DNA from: Myxococcota bacterium
Lineage (GTDB): Bacteria; Myxococcota_A; UBA796; UBA2385
NCBI GenBank assembly: GCA_964226865.1
Contig: CAXQUZ010000359.1
Location: 1-62,999 of the forward strand
Direction of reading: 5' to 3'
DNA: 62,999 bases
Shown: positions 36,802 through 45,634 of the stretch, one piece after another
Numbering within the stretch: the stretch's first letter is position 1
How the letters are laid out: each line of letters begins with the position of its first letter
Translations under genes and position numbers: made by a program
The notes under the pieces: model-generated
The model's database searches: none
The model's input: only the letters and a program-made list of their open reading frames with translations
Told to the model about the DNA's origin: nothing

Positions 36802-37793
36802 TGGGGCTCGGGGGCCAGCAGGGGATCGACGACGAGCCCGGGCACGGCGCCGAGGGCGGGCCAGGACACGTCGAGCGGCAGGCAGGCCGGGGCGCCCGCG
36901 TCGCCCGTGTCTCTGGCATCTCCCGTGTCTCCGGCATCTCCCGTGTCGTCCGTGTCGCCGGTGGCGCGCTGGTCGGCGCAGGGCTGGCAGGTGGCGCCCA
37001 GGGCCGCGAGCTGGGCGCAGGCGTTGACGCCGTTGCCGCCGGGCAGGGTGCGCAGGTCGATGTCCATGCGGAGCCGCAGCTCGTCCGCCCAGACGGTGCC
37101 GTCGTCGGCGAGGCGGAGGGTGGCCGTGATCTCGACCCCCTCGAGGTCGTACTGGCGGTCGGGGGGCTCGGCGAGGCGGAGGGTGGCCGGGCCCAGCTGG
37201 AGTGCGTCGCCGGTGCGCGACAGGGGCAGCGCGTCGGGCGCCACACAGCTGTGTTGCCAGGCCCGGTCGGCCGTGACCTCGGCGAAGCCCAGCCAGGCCG
37301 TGCCCGTGGCGTCGACCCCGATGAGCATGCCCGTCGCCTCGCCCACGAGCTCGCCCAGGGCCGCGGCGCTGGGGGGCGTGGTGAAGCTGTGGAAGCGGGC
37401 CTCGGGGTCGAGCAGGTCGGCCGCCCAGCTCGTGGCGGCGAGGGGCGGCACGGTGGCGGAGGCGGGCGCGCCGGTGGTGGTGAGGGTCCAGCGCTCCTGG
37501 ACCTCGCCGCACTGCTCGAGCAGGGCGGTGTGGACCGTGTCGGGGGCGAGGGTGACGGGGACGGCGCCCGAGGGGGGCACGGCGACCCAGCCCGGGGTGG
37601 CGCCGCCGTCGACCCACAGCCGGGACCGGTCGCCGCGGGTCTCGACCGTCAGGGTGGTCGGGCCGGGGGCGAGGGGGCCTGTGGCGGGCCCGAGCTGGGC
37701 CGGTGCGCTGCGGCAGGAGGCGGGGGCCGGGGCGCAGCCGGTGGCGGCGAGCGCGAGGGCCCCCCCGCCGAGCAGGGCGCGCCCGGGGCTCAC
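36795..37793 (-). CDS. Lipoprotein, hypothetical, with Cys-rich acidic DTGD-repeat C-terminus
   Basis: The GTG at 37793 overlaps the upstream stop (GTGA); the track start at 37808 is an alternative. The lipobox is LALAATGC. The C-terminus is CAQLAALGATCQPCADQRATGDTDDTGDAGDTGDARDTGDAGAPAC. Confidence 0.7.
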   Translation of the reverse strand: MSPGRALLGGGALALAATGCAPAPASCRSAPAQLGPATGPLAPGPTTLTVETRGDRSRLWVDGGATPGWVAVPPSGAVPVTLAPDTVHTALLEQCGEVQERWTLTTTGAPASATVPPLAATSWAADLLDPEARFHSFTTPPSAAALGELVGEATGMLIGVDATGTAWLGFAEVTADRAWQHSCVAPDALPLSRTGDALQLGPATLRLAEPPDRQYDLEGVEITATLRLADDGTVWADELRLRMDIDLRTLPGGNGVNACAQLAALGATCQPCADQRATGDTDDTGDAGDTGDARDTGDAGAPACLPLDVSWPALGAVPGLVVDPLLAPEPQC

Positions 37794-38908
37794 CACTCGT
37801 GCACCCACAGCGCCCCGGCGCCCAGCGCGCCCGCGAGGCTGAGCCCGGTGATGCCCGCGGCCCCGGCGAGGTGGTTGCGGCGCACGAGGGCGGCCTCGGG
37901 GCCGTCGGCGACGGTGCCGGCGCGGTAGTCGGCCCGGGTGGTGGCGGCGAGCACGAGGCCCGTGGTGCCGACGAGGGCGAGGCCGCCGGCGGCCCAGGCG
38001 AGGCCCCGCGAGCGGTGGCGGGGCAGGGCCGCGAGCGGCGGCGGGGCGCCGGTGGGCACGAAGATGAACTCGCCCGAGCCCTGGAGGTGGCCGAAGGCGG
38101 GGGTCTGGTCGTGGTGGCTGCGCAGCCAGGCGTCCTGGCGCACCTCGCGCTGGACCTGGACCGAGAGCTCGCTGGCCGTGCGGAAGGGGGCGGGCTCGTC
38201 GAGGGCCGCGAGCAGCCGGGCGGTGAAGACGCTGTGGCCGTCGGGCCCCACGTCCAGCACGGCCTCGTCGGCCTGGCCCGCCGCGAGCACCTGGAAGGCC
38301 GTGCGCTGGCGGTTGCGGGCCAGCCAGGCGGCGTCGTGGGGCGCCAGGTCCGGCGCGCCGCGGGTCGCGAGCATGCCGCCGTAGCAGGCGTCGACCACGA
38401 GCAGCCGGTGGCGGGCGGGGATGCTGCGGCCGATCAGCGTGCGGACACTCTCCATGGGAATGTCGTGCAGCAGGGCTTCTTCGGGGTCGAGGCTGCCGTC
38501 GTGGGGCACGAGGTAGCCGAGGGCCTCGCCGCTGGCGGTGTGGGTGGTGGTGCCGTGGCCGGCCCAGAAGACCACCAGGGCGTCGTCGGGCGACAGGGCC
38601 GCCAGCGACTGGAGGGCCGAGAGCACCCCGGCCCGGGTGGCGGCGTCGTCGTAGAGCTCGATGACCTCGTCGAAGCCGAAGCGCGTCCGCAGCCGGTGGG
38701 CGACGGCCGCGGCATCGGCGACGGCGTGGTCGAGGTCGAGGGCCTCGCCGGGATAGTCGCTGATGCCCACCACCAGGGCGACCTGGCGCTGGTAGAGGGG
38801 GGCCGGGGGGGCGGCGCCGGGGCCCGCCGGTGCGAGGCCGCGGGTGGGGGCGGCGGCGGCCAGCGGGGCGGCCAGGCGCAGGGCCAGGGCGAGCAGGGCG
38901 GGCGTCAC
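37790..38908 (-). CDS. Caspase-family (peptidase C14) protein with N-terminal signal peptide and two C-terminal hydrophobic helices
   Basis: The GTG at 38908 overlaps the upstream stop (GTGA). VALVVGISDYPGEALDLDHAVADA is a typical C14 N-terminus. The catalytic-dyad contexts are FWAGHG and LVVDACYGG. The C-terminal helices are GLAWAAGGLALVGTTGLVLAA and AAGITGLSLAGALGAGALWV. Confidence 0.85.
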   Translation of the reverse strand: MTPALLALALRLAAPLAAAAPTRGLAPAGPGAAPPAPLYQRQVALVVGISDYPGEALDLDHAVADAAAVAHRLRTRFGFDEVIELYDDAATRAGVLSALQSLAALSPDDALVVFWAGHGTTTHTASGEALGYLVPHDGSLDPEEALLHDIPMESVRTLIGRSIPARHRLLVVDACYGGMLATRGAPDLAPHDAAWLARNRQRTAFQVLAAGQADEAVLDVGPDGHSVFTARLLAALDEPAPFRTASELSVQVQREVRQDAWLRSHHDQTPAFGHLQGSGEFIFVPTGAPPPLAALPRHRSRGLAWAAGGLALVGTTGLVLAATTRADYRAGTVADGPEAALVRRNHLAGAAGITGLSLAGALGAGALWVHEW

Positions 38909-40647
38909 GGGGCGGCTCCGGCCCAGGCGGTCACGGCCGAGAGGGTGTAGGTGAGGGTGGTGGTGGCGCCGTCGGCGGTCCAGTCGCCGCGCAGGGGCGC
39001 CCCGTCGAGCCAGGTGGCCAGCGGCAGCGGGGCCCGGGTGGCGAGCAGCTTGAGGCGCTCGGTGCCCCAGGGCGGCACGGTCTGCCAGCAGCGGGGCGAG
39101 GTCCAGGCCTCGCCGGGGGCCAGCAGGGGGGCCTCGTCGTCGTCGAGGAGCGCGGTGGCCCGGTTGTCGGCGTCGAAGTGGACGAGGTGGATCCGGCGGG
39201 GGCCGGGGGCCGTGTGGCGCACCTCGACCGTGATGCCGGCCCCGGGGGGCAGCTGGAGGGCGCCGGTGGCGTCGGGCACCAGCACGGCGCCGGGGGCGCA
39301 GGTGGTGGGGTCGGCCGCGCGCAGGCGCAGGGAGGGGGACGGGCCGCCGGCGAGCTCGAGGGCGGCCAGCTCGGTGGCCCGGCGGCGGCGGCGCAGGGCC
39401 GTGGCCACGGGGCTGGTGGACCAGGGCGCCCCGGCGGGAGACCGGGCCAGCTCGGTCGCGCCCGCCCGCAACACCAAGGTCCCGGCCTCGCTCTCGGGCC
39501 CGGGCTCTGTGGTGAGCACCAGCGCGGCGGGGCCGGCGGTCCAGCCCTCGGCGGCGAGCAGGGGCAGGAGGCGGTCGTGGAGGGCCGGGGGCAGGGCGAG
39601 GCGGCGGGGGGAGGGGGGCGCACCCTCGCGCTCGACCCGCACCCGGGCGGCCGCCAGGGCCGCGGGGGGCGCCGCGCAGCCGGGCTGGAGGAAGGTCTGG
39701 CTGGCGGTGGTGGAGGCGACCGCGGCGGAGCAGACGCGGCCGTCCTCGAGGACCAGGGCGTAGCGGGCCCGGTCGTCCAGGCCGAGCAGGGTGCCGCCGG
39801 CGATGCGCAGCTGGAGGGGCGGGCCGGCCACGACGCCGTCCACCGCGAGGCCGCCGGCCGCCGGGGCATCCGGGGCGAGGGGCAGGTGGCCGGCGCCCAG
39901 GAGCACGGGGTGCTGGGCGGGGGCGGCCTGGGCCAGGGCGGCCTGGATCCGTGCGTGCACGGTGGACCAGGTGGCCCCGGCGGGCGCCCGGACGAGGGCC
40001 TCGGCGAGGGCCTGGGAGAAGCGCCCGCCGCCGCCGGGGGCCTCCTCGGCCAGCTCGTCGGCGCGGGCGGCCGCCAGGATGGTGACCGGGGCGAGGGCGT
40101 CGGCGGGGCGGACCCACTCGTGGCCGAGGGTGTCGGCGCCGGGCACGGCGGGCCCCGAGCCCCGGGCGGCGGGCTGGAGCCCCCGCAGCAGCCCGCCGCT
40201 GTGGCAGGTGTCGAGGGTCAGCACGAGGTGGCCCGCGGGCCCCAGGGCGCGCCGCAGCTCGGTGAGGGCCGCGCCGAGGGCGTCGTCGCGCACCACCCCG
40301 CCGTCCGTGAGCAGCAGGGCCTCGTCCCAGCCGTCGGCCTCGTCCCGGTCGTCGTCGGCCACCCGGGTGCCGTGGCCCGAGATGTGGACCCACAGCCGAT
40401 CTCCGGGGGCGAGGCGGCGGGCCTGGGCGGCGAGGGCGGCCGCTGGGTCGGCCGTGGCCGCGGCGCGCTCCAGTGCGGTCGGCCCGAGGGGGCCTGCGGC
40501 GGCGGCCGTGGCGAGGCGATCGAGGTCGCGCCCCAGGTCGAGGGCGGCCGCGCTGGGGGGCGGGGGCACGGCCATGAGGAGCGCGTGCTGGCCGGCCGCC
40601 GCCGAGAGGGCGAGCCAGGGGACGGCGGTGAGCAGGGACGGGGACAT
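38905..40647 (-). CDS. Caspase-family (peptidase C14) protein with signal-peptide-like N-terminus and ~330-aa uncharacterised C-terminal region
   Basis: ATG at 40647, inside the much longer spurious ORF 38905..41793. The N-terminus is MSPSLLTAVPWLALSAAAGQ. The dyad contexts are VHISGHG and LTLDTCHSGG. Confidence 0.85.
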   Translation of the reverse strand: MSPSLLTAVPWLALSAAAGQHALLMAVPPPPSAAALDLGRDLDRLATAAAAGPLGPTALERAAATADPAAALAAQARRLAPGDRLWVHISGHGTRVADDDRDEADGWDEALLLTDGGVVRDDALGAALTELRRALGPAGHLVLTLDTCHSGGLLRGLQPAARGSGPAVPGADTLGHEWVRPADALAPVTILAAARADELAEEAPGGGGRFSQALAEALVRAPAGATWSTVHARIQAALAQAAPAQHPVLLGAGHLPLAPDAPAAGGLAVDGVVAGPPLQLRIAGGTLLGLDDRARYALVLEDGRVCSAAVASTTASQTFLQPGCAAPPAALAAARVRVEREGAPPSPRRLALPPALHDRLLPLLAAEGWTAGPAALVLTTEPGPESEAGTLVLRAGATELARSPAGAPWSTSPVATALRRRRRATELAALELAGGPSPSLRLRAADPTTCAPGAVLVPDATGALQLPPGAGITVEVRHTAPGPRRIHLVHFDADNRATALLDDDEAPLLAPGEAWTSPRCWQTVPPWGTERLKLLATRAPLPLATWLDGAPLRGDWTADGATTTLTYTLSAVTAWAGAAP

Positions 40648-40893
40648 GGCGGCGGCGGCTCCCGGCAGGGGAGGGGACGGGGGGCAGGGCGCCGGGCCAG
40701 GGCGCGGTCCCGCAGGCAGGGCGGGGGCGCCGGGCCCCCCACCGGGATCCTGTGGGGGCCCCACCATAGCGCGGGGACCAGGGGCGCTGGGGGCCATCCG
40801 GGCCGGTCGTGGGCGGGAATCCCGGATTTTCTTCGGGGGCGTTTCGTCCCGCTTCGCCGCAGCGAATGCCCGACCGAGACCCGGAGCTGTGCC

Positions 40894-41877
40894 ATGTCCC
40901 TGCCCGCTGCCCCCCGCCTGGCGCCCGTCCCCCCCACCGCATGCCGCCGCGATCCCTGCGCCGCCCCCGGGGAGGGGCGCGCCGGCGCTGCGGCGGGTCC
41001 GGGGCCTGGGCGGCCCGCGTGGGTGCCGGGCGGGGCGGAGGGGGCGGTCTGGCTCCCGCTCGGCCTCCACGCGGGCCGGGTGGTCGGGGTGGGGCTCGAG
41101 CAGTGGTCTGACCGGGGGCCCCTCCCGGGGGCCGCGGCCCTGCTCGTGGTCGCGGTCACGGGGCCCGCCCTCGCCCGGGCCCCCGGCGCCCTCTGCGGGC
41201 CCGGGGCCGGGGGGCCGGGCTGTCCGAGCGCCGCCGGCAGCCCCCGCGAGGTGGGGGCGGGCGGCCTGTGCTGGGTGGTCTCGGGCCGGGACGGGGCCGC
41301 GGGGGCCTGGGCCGGCCGGGCCGCCGAGGGCATGGTGCTGCGGGACGGCCAGCTGCGGGGCTGGCTGGCCGTGGCCGGGCCGGCGCCCCGGGCCCTGTGG
41401 ACGGCCGCCGCGGCGGCCCTGGCCGCCCGCCCCGCCTGGCCCCGGACGGGCCCCGCCCAGGCCCTCGTCGACGGCAGCGGTGCGGTGATCTGGGCCGATC
41501 CCCCCGGCCGGCGCTGGATGGCGGCCCCCGGGCGCCGGGCCCAGGTGGCGGCCCTGCTCGCGGCCGGTCGCCAGCACTGGGTGGACGGCGCCGCCGTGCG
41601 CGTCGGCTGGGGCGCCGGCCGGGACGGGGCCCTGGCGCTGATCTCGGTCGTCCCCTCGGCCCCCGTGCCGGCCCCGCCGGTGGCGGCCCTCACCCCCGGC
41701 CAGTACCGGGTGGCCGTCCGGGCGGCGGCGGGGTGCACCGTGGCGGAGATCGCGGCCGAGACCGGCCGCAGCACGCAGACCGTGCGCTCCCACCTCAAGG
41801 CGGTCTACCGTCGGCTCGGGGTGACCAGCCGGGTCGCCCTCGTCCGGTGCTTCGGGGCCTGGGGAGGAGGGGCATGA
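40894..41877 (+). CDS. LuxR-family transcriptional regulator with uncharacterised N-terminal domain
   Basis: ATG at 40894 and uniformly high GC3. The C-terminal HTH is LTPGQYRVAVRAAAGCTVAEIAAETGRSTQTVRSHLKAVYRRLGV. Confidence 0.8.
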   Translation: MSLPAAPRLAPVPPTACRRDPCAAPGEGRAGAAAGPGPGRPAWVPGGAEGAVWLPLGLHAGRVVGVGLEQWSDRGPLPGAAALLVVAVTGPALARAPGALCGPGAGGPGCPSAAGSPREVGAGGLCWVVSGRDGAAGAWAGRAAEGMVLRDGQLRGWLAVAGPAPRALWTAAAAALAARPAWPRTGPAQALVDGSGAVIWADPPGRRWMAAPGRRAQVAALLAAGRQHWVDGAAVRVGWGAGRDGALALISVVPSAPVPAPPVAALTPGQYRVAVRAAAGCTVAEIAAETGRSTQTVRSHLKAVYRRLGVTSRVALVRCFGAWGGGA

Positions 41878-42800
41878 TGGGGGGCATGGCCGCGCTGCCG
41901 GCGGAGGAGGCCGAGCTCTGGGCCCGCTGGGCCCACGACCGGGAAGACGCCGCCGCCGAAGAGCTCTGGCGCCGCAGCCAGCGCCTGGCCGTGGCCGTGG
42001 CCGCGCGGGCCCTGGGCGGGCTCAGCAACCCTTGGGAGCGGGCCCGGGGCATCGTCGACGAGGCCTTCGTGCGGGCCCTGGGCAGCTTCGACCCCGCCCG
42101 GGCCCCGGCCGCGAGCGCCCAGCCCTTCCGGGCCTGGTTCCTGCGGCTGGTCCGCAGCGCGGTCGTCGACCACCGGCGCCGGGCCGCCCGAGAGGTCGAG
42201 CTGGTCGACCTGCCCGTCGCCGCCCAGGAGTGCCCCCAGCCCGCCCCCGAGGTGGGCATCGACGCAGCCCGGCTCGTGCGCCAGCTCGAGCGCCTCAACG
42301 CCGAGCAGGGCCTCGCCGAGGACTGGCCCGTGCTGGTGGCCTGGCTCCAGTGCCGCCACGACGGGGTGCGGGTGCCCTGGAAGTCGCTGGCGGCGGCCCA
42401 TCCTGTGCAGCCCCCCGACGACCTCCGCTTCGCGCCGGGGGCCGCCTCCCTGCCCGAGGGGGCCCCGGGGCTCGCGGCCGCCGCCCGCAAGCTCGCCCTC
42501 TGCCCCCGGCTCTGCCTCGCCGCCGACGGCAGCAGCGCGCCCCCGGAGGGCCCGGAGCTGGGGCCGGCCCGGGCCGAGGGGGTCGTGGAGGCGCTGGTGG
42601 CGTGGCTGCGGGTGCGCCGGGTCCACCACGGGGGCGTGGCGATGGAGCGGCTCGTGGTCGGCGGCGCCGAGCGGGGCCACCGGCGGGTGCGCTTCCGGGT
42701 GGAGGCCGGGGCCCAGCGCAGCCCCGATGCGCTCCGGATGCGCGTGGAGAAGGTCATCTTGGGCAAGTTGCTCGCACTGGTGGACGGAGGTGGACGATGA
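41874..42800 (+). CDS. Sigma-70 region-2-like (ECF-like) protein with long atypical C-terminal half
   Basis: The ATG at 41874 overlaps the LuxR stop (ATGA), with GGAGGAGG upstream. The ...VDEAFVRAL...FRAWFLRLVRSAVVDHRRR pattern resembles ECF sigma region 2. I recognised no clear region 4. Confidence 0.6.
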   Translation: MMGGMAALPAEEAELWARWAHDREDAAAEELWRRSQRLAVAVAARALGGLSNPWERARGIVDEAFVRALGSFDPARAPAASAQPFRAWFLRLVRSAVVDHRRRAAREVELVDLPVAAQECPQPAPEVGIDAARLVRQLERLNAEQGLAEDWPVLVAWLQCRHDGVRVPWKSLAAAHPVQPPDDLRFAPGAASLPEGAPGLAAAARKLALCPRLCLAADGSSAPPEGPELGPARAEGVVEALVAWLRVRRVHHGGVAMERLVVGGAERGHRRVRFRVEAGAQRSPDALRMRVEKVILGKLLALVDGGGR

Positions 42801-43522
42801 GCGGAGCGGTGGAGACGGAGGCCGCGGCCCTCTGGGCCTGGCTGGCAGCACCCGACGAGCCGCCGCCGCCGGCGGTCGCGGCGCTGCTCGCGGACGAGGC
42901 GGCCCTCGGTGCCCTGGTCGCGGCCCTCGAGGTCTCCGCCCCCCCGGACGACCCGGCCGGGCGCTGGGCCTGCATCGCCGACCGGCTCGACCGGCCCGTG
43001 GCGCCCGCCGGGGTGTCGCCGGCCCTGCTCGACGGCCTGCACGCGGCCCTCGCCCCGCCCGCGCCCCTGCCCCGCCCCGCCCCCCGCGGGGGGCGCCGGT
43101 GGCGCGTCGGGGTGGCCCTGCTCGCGGCGGCGGTGGCCCTCGTGGTCTTGTGGCCCCGCCCGGCCCCCACCGTGCTGCTGGCCCCGGGTGAGCTGGTGCC
43201 GGCCGCTGCCCCCACCACCCGCGGCACGGGTCCGGTGGCGGCGGCGCTGGGCCCCGTGCTCTCGGTCCGCGCCACCGTCGGGGCCGGCGGGCTGCGGCTC
43301 CAGGTCTCGGCCACCCCCGGTCCCGAGGGGGTGCCGGTCGATCCGGGCTCGCTGCGCCTGGGCTACGGCGGCCGCGACCTGACCGCCCGGCTGGGCGCGG
43401 TGGCCCTGCCCCTGGATCGGTCGGGGCTCCAGCTCCCGCCGGGTCGCCACCGCTTCACGGTCTCGGTGGCCGACGTGGCGGGCCAGCGCAGCGCCCAGAC
43501 CCTCGAGGTGGTCGTGCCCTGA
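42797..43522 (+). CDS. Single-pass membrane protein in anti-sigma position, with Ig-like C-terminal domain
   Basis: The ATG at 42797 overlaps the upstream stop (ATGA). The TM helix is WRVGVALLAAAVALVVLW. The C-terminus GRHRFTVSVADVAGQRSAQTLEVVV looks beta-sandwich-like. Confidence 0.6.
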   Translation: MSGAVETEAAALWAWLAAPDEPPPPAVAALLADEAALGALVAALEVSAPPDDPAGRWACIADRLDRPVAPAGVSPALLDGLHAALAPPAPLPRPAPRGGRRWRVGVALLAAAVALVVLWPRPAPTVLLAPGELVPAAAPTTRGTGPVAAALGPVLSVRATVGAGGLRLQVSATPGPEGVPVDPGSLRLGYGGRDLTARLGAVALPLDRSGLQLPPGRHRFTVSVADVAGQRSAQTLEVVVP

Positions 43523-43539
43523 AGCCCGTCGGCTCGGCT

Positions 43540-44910
43540 TCAGTCGGCCGTGCTGCCGCCCTCGGCCCGGGGCTGGCGGCGCCGGATGCGCATGGGCAGG
43601 CCGTCCTTGAGGGTCAGCACCCCCTCCATCTCCCAGCGGGCCTGGTAGCCGGGGCGCAGCTCGGGGGCGAAGCGCTGGGCCAGCACGGCGAGCAGGATGT
43701 GGCTCTCGAGCAGGGAGAAGTGGTTGCCGAGGCAGGTGCGGGGCCCGACGGCGAAGGGGTGGTAGGCCCCCGGGTGGCGGTCCGGGTCGTCGCCGTCCAG
43801 CCAGCGCCCCGGGTCGAAGCGCTCGGGCGCGGGCCAGTGCGCCGGGTGGCGGTGGGTGAAGTAGGAGGCGAAGAGCAGCGGTGTGCCCCGGGGCACCTCG
43901 TGGTCGCCGATGACGTCGTCCTCGACGGCATCCCGGGCGTAGAAGGGAATCGCCGGGTAGAGCCGGAGCACCTCTTGGATGACGGCGCGGGTGTAGGGCA
44001 GCCGGCGGAGGTCGTCGGTCGTCGGGGGCCGGTCGCCGAGCACCTCGTCGAGCTCGGCGTGGAGGGCGGCGGCGACCTCGGGAAAGCGCGCCAGGGCGTA
44101 CCAGGCGAAGGTCATCGTGCGGGCCGTGGTCTCGTGGCCCGCGAAGAAGATGGTGATGGACTCGTCCCGCAGCATCTCCTCACTCATCGGCGCGCCGGTG
44201 TCGCGGTCGCGGGCCCGCATCAGGCGGGTGAGCAGGTCGTCGGGCCAGTCGGCCTCGTCCATCGCCCGGCGCTCGGCGATGATGCGGGCGGTGAAGGCGT
44301 GGGCGAAGTCGCGGGCCCGCCGGTAGCGCAGGTTGCCCGGGGTGGGCACCCACAGCGGGATGTCGGGCATGACCATGCGGCGGTTGACGAAGCCGACCAT
44401 GTCTTGGACGCAGGTGCCGACCCGGTGGATGTCTTCGGGGGAGGCGGTGGTGAACATGCCGCGCAGGATGATGGTGGCCGTCAGCCGCGTCATCTCTTCG
44501 CTCATGTCTTCTTCGGTGCCCGCCGCGGCGAGGGCCTCCCAGCGGTCGAGGAAGCCGAGCGTGTCGCGCAGCATGAGGGCGGCGAAGGCCCAGACGCCGC
44601 TGCGGGTGAAGAAGGGGGCCATCAGCCGCCGCTGGCGCTTCCAGAGCTCGCCGTTGCTGGCCACGAGGCCGTTGCCCACGAGGTAGCGGCGCACCATGTC
44701 GTAGCTCTCGGCCTTGCCGTAGCGCTTGCGCCGCTCGACGTTGACCTGGTGCACGGCCTCGGGGCCGATGGCCACCAGCAGGCCGCGGCCGAAGATGCGC
44801 ACCATGAACAGGTCGCCGTGGTCGGCCCAGAGGCTGCCGATGGTGGCGAGGAAGCCCCGGGTGGCGAGGCGGTAGAGAAAGACGAGGGCGCGGGGGCCGG
44901 GCGGGGTCAT
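43540..44910 (-). CDS. Cytochrome P450
   Basis: ATG at 44910. The I-helix is FFAGHETT, the ExxR motif is in EVLRLYP, and the haem loop is FAVGPRTCLGNHF. Confidence 0.9.
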   Translation of the reverse strand: MTPPGPRALVFLYRLATRGFLATIGSLWADHGDLFMVRIFGRGLLVAIGPEAVHQVNVERRKRYGKAESYDMVRRYLVGNGLVASNGELWKRQRRLMAPFFTRSGVWAFAALMLRDTLGFLDRWEALAAAGTEEDMSEEMTRLTATIILRGMFTTASPEDIHRVGTCVQDMVGFVNRRMVMPDIPLWVPTPGNLRYRRARDFAHAFTARIIAERRAMDEADWPDDLLTRLMRARDRDTGAPMSEEMLRDESITIFFAGHETTARTMTFAWYALARFPEVAAALHAELDEVLGDRPPTTDDLRRLPYTRAVIQEVLRLYPAIPFYARDAVEDDVIGDHEVPRGTPLLFASYFTHRHPAHWPAPERFDPGRWLDGDDPDRHPGAYHPFAVGPRTCLGNHFSLLESHILLAVLAQRFAPELRPGYQARWEMEGVLTLKDGLPMRIRRRQPRAEGGSTAD

Positions 44911-45509
44911 CGGGCGCTCCCGGGCGGGGTGAGGAGGGGGGCGCCCACCAGGGCGAGGGCCTCGGCGAAGACGGCGCTGGGGGGGCCCGGGTGGTCGCCG
45001 AGCAGGGCCGTGCGGCCGGCGGCGACGATGAGGGCACCGGCGAGGCGGGCCTGGAGGGCGCCCGGCGCCAGCCCCAGCCGCGTGGCCACCAGCGCGGTGA
45101 AGGCCTGCTCGGCGTCGTCGAGCAGCTGCAGCCACACGGCCCGGTGGCGCTCGGTGCCCCGGAGCACGGCGAGGATCGCCGGGAGGTCGAAGTGGACGGC
45201 CAGGTCGAGCAGGCCGGCGTGGGCCGGCAGCAGCGCCGCGTGCAGGGGGCGGTCGGCGCTGGCCGCGGTGAGACCGGCGACCACCTGGGCCAGGCCGGCG
45301 CCCAGGTAGGGGCGCAGGGCGTCTTCCTTGCGGGGGAAGTAGCGGTAGAAGGTGCGCTCGGAGAGGCCGGTGTGGGCGGCGAGGGCCCGGACGGGGTGGT
45401 CGGTGTGGCCGTCGCGCAGGTAGAGCGCCAGCACGGCACGGGACGCGTCGAGAACGGCTTGCTCTCGGTCGTTGTCGGCGGAGAAGAAGGGCAGGCTGAC
45501 CGGGGACAT
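44907..45509 (-). CDS. TetR-family transcriptional regulator
   Basis: The HTH is HPVRALAAHTGLSERTFYRYFPRKEDAL. The stop overlaps the P450 start (ATGA at 44907-44910). Confidence 0.85.
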   Translation of the reverse strand: MSPVSLPFFSADNDREQAVLDASRAVLALYLRDGHTDHPVRALAAHTGLSERTFYRYFPRKEDALRPYLGAGLAQVVAGLTAASADRPLHAALLPAHAGLLDLAVHFDLPAILAVLRGTERHRAVWLQLLDDAEQAFTALVATRLGLAPGALQARLAGALIVAAGRTALLGDHPGPPSAVFAEALALVGAPLLTPPGSAR

Positions 45510-45634
45510 GGGGGGAGGGTAGCGGATGGTGGCAGTTTCTGCCAGGGGTCATGGTTGGGCCGGGGGCGGCCCTCCATCTTCGGTCAACCCCGGGGGACGG
45601 GGGGCCGATGGGCGGCCACAGCCGGAGACGACCC

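Noticed and set aside
35215-40647. The caspase operon as a bacterial gasdermin-protease system.
   Set aside because: None of the neighbouring products resembles a ~250-aa cytosolic gasdermin. The partners are lipobox proteins, and the caspases themselves carry export signals.
40648-40893. A sigma-54 element (TGGCCCGGCGCCCTGC on the minus strand) upstream of the caspase operon.
   Set aside because: The GG-to-GC spacing is off by one nucleotide and the -12 box is poor. It is not reported as a promoter.
37790-41793. The 1050-aa and 962-aa versions of the two caspase ORFs as listed in the track.
   Set aside because: Their 5' extensions are Arg/Pro-rich junk overlapping the upstream genes. Protein-like sequence begins at the GTG at 38908 and the ATG at 40647, both consistent with operon coupling.
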